Shown: in pieces, positions 60,126-64,000 of the stretch
Layout of the letters: each line of letters begins with the position of its first letter
Position numbering within the stretch: position 1 is the first letter of the stretch
Source: Spirochaetia bacterium
GTDB lineage: Bacteria; Spirochaetota; Spirochaetia; SP-2023
DNA length: 64,000 bases
Direction: 5' to 3'
NCBI GenBank assembly: GCA_965263295.1
Contig: OZ253665.1
Coordinates: 864,001 to 928,000, forward strand
Made by a program: the position numbers and the translations under genes
Notes under the pieces: model-generated
Database searches by the model: none
What the model was told of the DNA's origin: nothing
Seen by the model: only the letters and a program-made list of their open reading frames with translations

Positions 60126-61364
60126 TTAGTCTTCATCCACCAGCTCTTTGGCCTTGTGGGCAATCCGGAAATACAGTCCAAACAGCACTAGACTTAAAAT
60201 CGGCAACACGCCCATAAACGAATACGAACGGAACACTCCAAAGACATCGAATGAAATGCCAAAGACAATATAACCGAGCCCCGTAATACCCGTATACACA
60301 AAACTCTGTGCCGAAAGCACCGAGGCTCGTATCTGACTAGGTATTTTTTCCTGGATAAAATTGCCTATGATAATGTCTACTGCGGAAGGTAAAATGGTAA
60401 TCGAGAAAAAGACAAGCAGCGAGAGCACTCGATTATTGAAAACGTTAAAAAACATCATAACCGCAGAGAAGAGCATAGTAGCAAACAAAAGAGTTTTAAA
60501 CTCTATTTTAGTGGAAATCTTTTCAGCCAATAAATACGTAAACCCTGATAGAACTTGAATAACACAGAAGACAAGGGCAATTTGCCGCGCGTCGAGATGA
60601 AACTCCTTAAACAAGGTCTGGCCATAGATGTAATATACGGTGGCCACCATATTGTAGATGCCCAAGGAAAATAAAAACAGGAATAGATGCTTTCCGATCG
60701 AGGTGTTGAAGAAACGAAGCATTTGCTTCGTTTCTCCTATTTTTTCTTCCGCCTCATGTTTCTCCTCTGCCTCATGGTGTGGATTGAAATCCCGCAGATT
60801 TTCGTGCATGCTTAAAATACAAAAAGAGGCCAAGAGAGCAGCGCCGGCATCGGCCAGATACACTAAAGCCCAACCGCCCCAGGACAAGAGGTAGCCACCC
60901 ACCCCCATACTGATGCCCAAAATCACGGAAGAAAAAGCAGCGATCCGGGACGTGATTTTAATGTACTGTTTTTCTCTCTGTAAAATCTTAAGACTATCAT
61001 AGAGGAGGGCATCTTCGGAGCCGGACTGGAATGCGAAGCCAACGCCTTGAATAATAAACAGGCTCAAAAAGAAAAAAAAGTCTGCCGTGTAAACCATTCC
61101 GACGGCGTTGACAACGAGTAGCACCATGGCTATGAAAACAGACCATTTTCTCCCTATCTTATCCCCAAACAACCCCGCTGGGATTTCCATGAGAAAATTG
61201 GCCCAGAAGAGCGAGGCCTGCAGTACGCCCACCTGTGCATTCGTCAGACCCTTTTCCAACAGATACAGAATAAATATGCCTCTTTGAAAGATAATACCGG
61301 TAAAAAAAGAATACAAATAGAACAGAGGGATGTTGCGCTTGTATTGTTCTATGGAATGTTTCAA
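60126..61364 (-). CDS. MFS transporter
   Basis: About 12 TM segments with EIPAG.FGDKIGRK, SGSEDALLYDSL and IPSQIRASVLS. TTG 61364 follows GAGGAG. More AT-rich than its neighbours. Confidence 0.9.
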   Translation of the reverse strand: MKHSIEQYKRNIPLFYLYSFFTGIIFQRGIFILYLLEKGLTNAQVGVLQASLFWANFLMEIPAGLFGDKIGRKWSVFIAMVLLVVNAVGMVYTADFFFFLSLFIIQGVGFAFQSGSEDALLYDSLKILQREKQYIKITSRIAAFSSVILGISMGVGGYLLSWGGWALVYLADAGAALLASFCILSMHENLRDFNPHHEAEEKHEAEEKIGETKQMLRFFNTSIGKHLFLFLFSLGIYNMVATVYYIYGQTLFKEFHLDARQIALVFCVIQVLSGFTYLLAEKISTKIEFKTLLFATMLFSAVMMFFNVFNNRVLSLLVFFSITILPSAVDIIIGNFIQEKIPSQIRASVLSAQSFVYTGITGLGYIVFGISFDVFGVFRSYSFMGVLPILSLVLFGLYFRIAHKAKELVDED

Positions 61365-61682
61365 GTGTTTTTCTCCTCGTGCACCCATCTACCGCATAGA
61401 CCCAGGTGCTTTCCCGCAATATGGCAATCATAAAGACTTTTCCTTGTATGTGTTGCCAGCCTTTTAAGGTGACTCTATTGCCATATATTTCTAGATCGTT
61501 AAGACCCAACATATATTTTATATATGGTTGGTTGCTAATATCGCCAATTGTCTATATTACAAGTGGAATCGTTCACAGAGCGACGAGTTCAGATTTCTTT
61601 TATACGACAAAGATGGCGAAATTGTCCAAGGCGAGGTCCGCAAAAATTCCGTGTCGTCGCCCATGACCAGAAGCGTAAAGCC

Positions 61683-61775
61683 GTCGCGCTCATGGGCGCG
61701 TGAATTGAAACAAACTACGGATAGGGATTGAAAGCGTTCAGAAGGTCGCGCCCTCGCGGGCGCCTGAATTGAAAC
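61683..61775 (+). CRISPR. Orphan mini CRISPR array (2 degenerate type I-C-like repeats, 1 spacer)
   Basis: Repeat GTCGCGCTCATGGGCGCGTGAATTGAAAC (61683-61711), 33-nt spacer AAACTACGGATAGGGATTGAAAGCGTTCAGAAG, repeat GTCGCGCCCTCGCGGGCGCCTGAATTGAAAC (61745-61775). The GCGCCC/GGGCGC hairpin and ATTGAAAC 3' handle are present. No cas genes in the window. Confidence 0.82.
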
Positions 61776-61814
61776 GATCGTCCTCAATTTGCTCCGGTCG
61801 GATTATGCCCTAGT

Positions 61815-62804
61815 TCATGGACGCACGAGGATTTTGCCCATGCGGCCGCTTTGCCGGCTTGCGGTCGCGGCTGCAGTGATATTTTCCAGGTCGAACACGC
61901 CTCCGACCTGCAGGCTTACGTCGCCGGCAGCGACCAGAGACATCAGTTCCATCACGATGCGCTGCTTTTCCGGCGAAGGAGCGGTCCTAAGTATTTTCGC
62001 GAGCCAGAATCCCTTGACGACGATCTGCTTGAAAATTAGGCCGGCCGCCGGCAGATGCAGGGGCTTGCCGGACATGGCACCGAAGGAGACTAAGGTTCCA
62101 TCCTCGCTCAGCAAGGATAACAGCGCCCCGGCGTCAGGGCCGCCGACCCCGTCGACGGCCGCCGCGACGCGGGCGTCACCGACCATGGCCTTGACCTGGT
62201 CCTGCCAGTCGTCGTCCTGAGTCGACACGACATTGCCGATGCCGATTTCACCGAGCGCGGCGATAGCCTCCCTTCGGCGTACCAGATTGACGACGTGAAT
62301 GCCCCGCGTCCTTGCCGTCATTGCCAGAACCTTGGCGACCGCGCCCGTCGCAGCATTCTGAACGATCCACTGGCCGGGAGTGACCTTCAGGGACTCAAGC
62401 AGGAACAGGGCGCTGAGAGGCATTCCCATCAGCTGCGCCCCGGCCTCGTCGGAGACCGTCTCCGGCAAGGGGATGGCCTGATCGGCTTGCACCAGGCAAT
62501 ACTGTGCCCATGCGCCTTGCACGCCAAAGACCGCAACGCGCTGCCCGATAGATAAGTTTGTGGATAAGCCTGTCACGCCCTCGCCCAGCGCATCGACGAT
62601 GCCCATTGCCTCGCTGCCGCCGACAGCCGGCAGCGCCGGCCGGTATCCATAATTGCCCTCAATTGTGATTAAGTCGTGGTTATGAATTGACGCCAGGACT
62701 GTCTTGATCCGAACCTGCCCCACGCCGGGTTCAGGAATTGGAATATCCTCAACCCTGAGGACTTCTGTTGGATCGCCGAATGCACGATAAATAATGCCGT
62801 TCAT
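61815..62804 (-). CDS. MDR-superfamily NAD(P)H oxidoreductase (enoyl-thioester reductase-like)
   Basis: FGDP.EVL, IHNHDL, P.LPA.GGSE..G, QNAATGAV, VNLVRR, GFW and GK.L. ATG 62804 follows AAGGAAGG. Confidence 0.9.
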   Translation of the reverse strand: MNGIIYRAFGDPTEVLRVEDIPIPEPGVGQVRIKTVLASIHNHDLITIEGNYGYRPALPAVGGSEAMGIVDALGEGVTGLSTNLSIGQRVAVFGVQGAWAQYCLVQADQAIPLPETVSDEAGAQLMGMPLSALFLLESLKVTPGQWIVQNAATGAVAKVLAMTARTRGIHVVNLVRRREAIAALGEIGIGNVVSTQDDDWQDQVKAMVGDARVAAAVDGVGGPDAGALLSLLSEDGTLVSFGAMSGKPLHLPAAGLIFKQIVVKGFWLAKILRTAPSPEKQRIVMELMSLVAAGDVSLQVGGVFDLENITAAATASRQSGRMGKILVRP

Positions 62805-63194
62805 AGAAATTCCTTCCTTTTCAAAGGCTTCATACGAGGCCCAGATCATGTGAGAACCTCTAAAAACCTAGATTTTAATATGATCGGGCATTGTTGCAAA
62901 ACTCTCTTCACAGATCAAGCCTGCTCCTTTCCCGTTTGATGTCATGTGCCACGCACTCGGTCCCGACTAGCCCTTTAAAATTAAATGTATTGTGATTTAC
63001 ACTACAAAATAATGCTGTTCTGGAAACTTAAATCTCAGAGACAAAATGGCAGAAAGCCTAGCACCTGGCATACAGGTGAATTCGAGCGGATCCACAGGGA
63101 AAGGTTATCCCCATTTTAGGATTTACAATCTTGACACCATATTATGTAGACAGTTATTATATCCATAATTTAATAATTAGCAGCGAGGCTGTGT

Positions 63195-64000
63195 ATGGTA
63201 AAAATCGCAATGAACGGGCGCGACAAAACCATTGAGCCCCAGCGCCAGCCGTCCATGCTTTTGACGCTTGGCCTGATCTCAGCAGTCATCGTGCCGCAGA
63301 TCGGCATCGGGCTGAGTGCCCCGGCACTGGCGGAGCTCGCCGGCGATTTCCATGCGCCGGTCGAGATGGCGCAAAACACGCTGATTCTCTACATGACCGG
63401 CTATGCCCTGTCGGTGCTGGCTTCCGGGCTGCTTGCAGACCGATTCGGCCCGCATCGGGTGCATTTGTGGGGCTTGGCCCTGGCTGCGGCGGCCTGCATG
63501 CTGTGCGCCGCAGCCGGGCAAATGACGCCGTTTTTCCTGGCGCGCTTCGTCCAGGCCGTCGGCGGATGTGTCGGAACCGTGACGGCCCGGCTGATCGTCG
63601 GCCGCGATTATCCTGCCGGCGACAGAATGAAGATCCTGACCACCTTGTCCTGCTTCGTCGCCGTCACGCCCTGCCTGGCGCCGCTGGCCGGCGGCGCCCT
63701 TTTGCCTTATACCGGCTGGCGCGGCCTGTTCGCGGTGAACGCCCTGATCTGCGCGGCGGCTTTCGCGCTGTTCCTCGCGGCCACTCGCGGGGCGAGACCG
63801 CATCCGCAAGCGACCGCGCCCTTGAAGGCTGTTGGTGCGATTTATCTCCGCAACCTGAAAATGCCGCGCTTCGTCCTGTATGCCGCAGCCATCGGCATCG
63901 TCTGGATGTCCTATTTCGCTTTCGTGTCCTGCTCGTCGGGTCCGCTGCGCCTCGGCATGGGCTTGTCCGCCTTCGCCTACGGCCTGGTGCTGGCCCTTGC
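63195..64000 (+). CDS. Bcr/CflA-like (DHA1) MFS efflux transporter, runs off the window
   Basis: Manual translation from ATG 63195 (GAGG RBS) gives PALAELAGDF, GLLADRFG, LARFVQAVGG, ARLIVGRDY and APLAGG.L....GWR, open to the window end. GC-rich. Confidence 0.88.
   Translation, partial: MVKIAMNGRDKTIEPQRQPSMLLTLGLISAVIVPQIGIGLSAPALAELAGDFHAPVEMAQNTLILYMTGYALSVLASGLLADRFGPHRVHLWGLALAAAACMLCAAAGQMTPFFLARFVQAVGGCVGTVTARLIVGRDYPAGDRMKILTTLSCFVAVTPCLAPLAGGALLPYTGWRGLFAVNALICAAAFALFLAATRGARPHPQATAPLKAVGAIYLRNLKMPRFVLYAAAIGIVWMSYFAFVSCSSGPLRLGMGLSAFAYGLVLAL

Noticed and set aside
61528..61731. 67-aa ORF ending in SRSWARELKQ
   Set aside because: Its C-terminus is the translated CRISPR repeat and spacer. 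At most it is a gene fragment, and it does not resemble Cas2 or any other Cas protein.
61712..61744. Self-targeting by the CRISPR spacer (partial matches near 35414 and 61151)
   Set aside because: Matches of 8-10 nt are expected by chance in 64 kb.
63170..63809. Minus-strand ORFs of 69 and 176 aa
   Set aside because: They are antisense to the clear MFS transporter frame starting at 63195.

Overview
A 64-kb bacterial chromosome segment, most likely from a spirochaete. This is inferred from the hflKC-apbE-tlyA arrangement, a Cys->Asp MurA, spirochaete-style lipoproteins and a YidC-sulfatase fusion. Most of it is housekeeping or metabolic: uppP, dprA, three cyclophilin/FKBP paralogues, hflKC, apbE, tlyA, metE, murA, an rlmD-like gene, folC, cysH, a plant-type ilvC, trpBA, argJ, mtnN, sitABCD, clpS-clpA, coaX, argD, tRNA-Gly(GCC) and tRNA-Ala(CGC). 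Two genes missing from the ORF track run off the window edges: a >1034-aa lipoprotein with tandem Ig/PKD-like repeats (left) and a Bcr/CflA-type MFS transporter (right). The most unusual signals are: (1) three degenerate type I-C CRISPR-like repeats with no cas genes, bracketing a 2.86-kb transporter block in a mosaic region after tRNA-Ala; (2) a dispersed repeat built from 9-nt-periodic CACGAAA units, seen as an 'empty' inverted pair at 3.3-3.5 kb and apparently 'filled' with an AT-rich orphan gene beside a PD-(D/E)XK nuclease gene at 34.2-35.9 kb; (3) a peptide:N-glycanase-like transglutaminase facing a sugar ABC importer/GHL10/CBM9-like operon whose binding protein is frameshifted at an A7 tract; (4) a perfect 62-bp palindrome in the argJ 5' region; (5) matching 11-residue coiled-coil shortenings in HflK and HflC; (6) a candidate structured ncRNA upstream of murA. 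Family assignments come from motif recognition and recalled homologues, not database searches.
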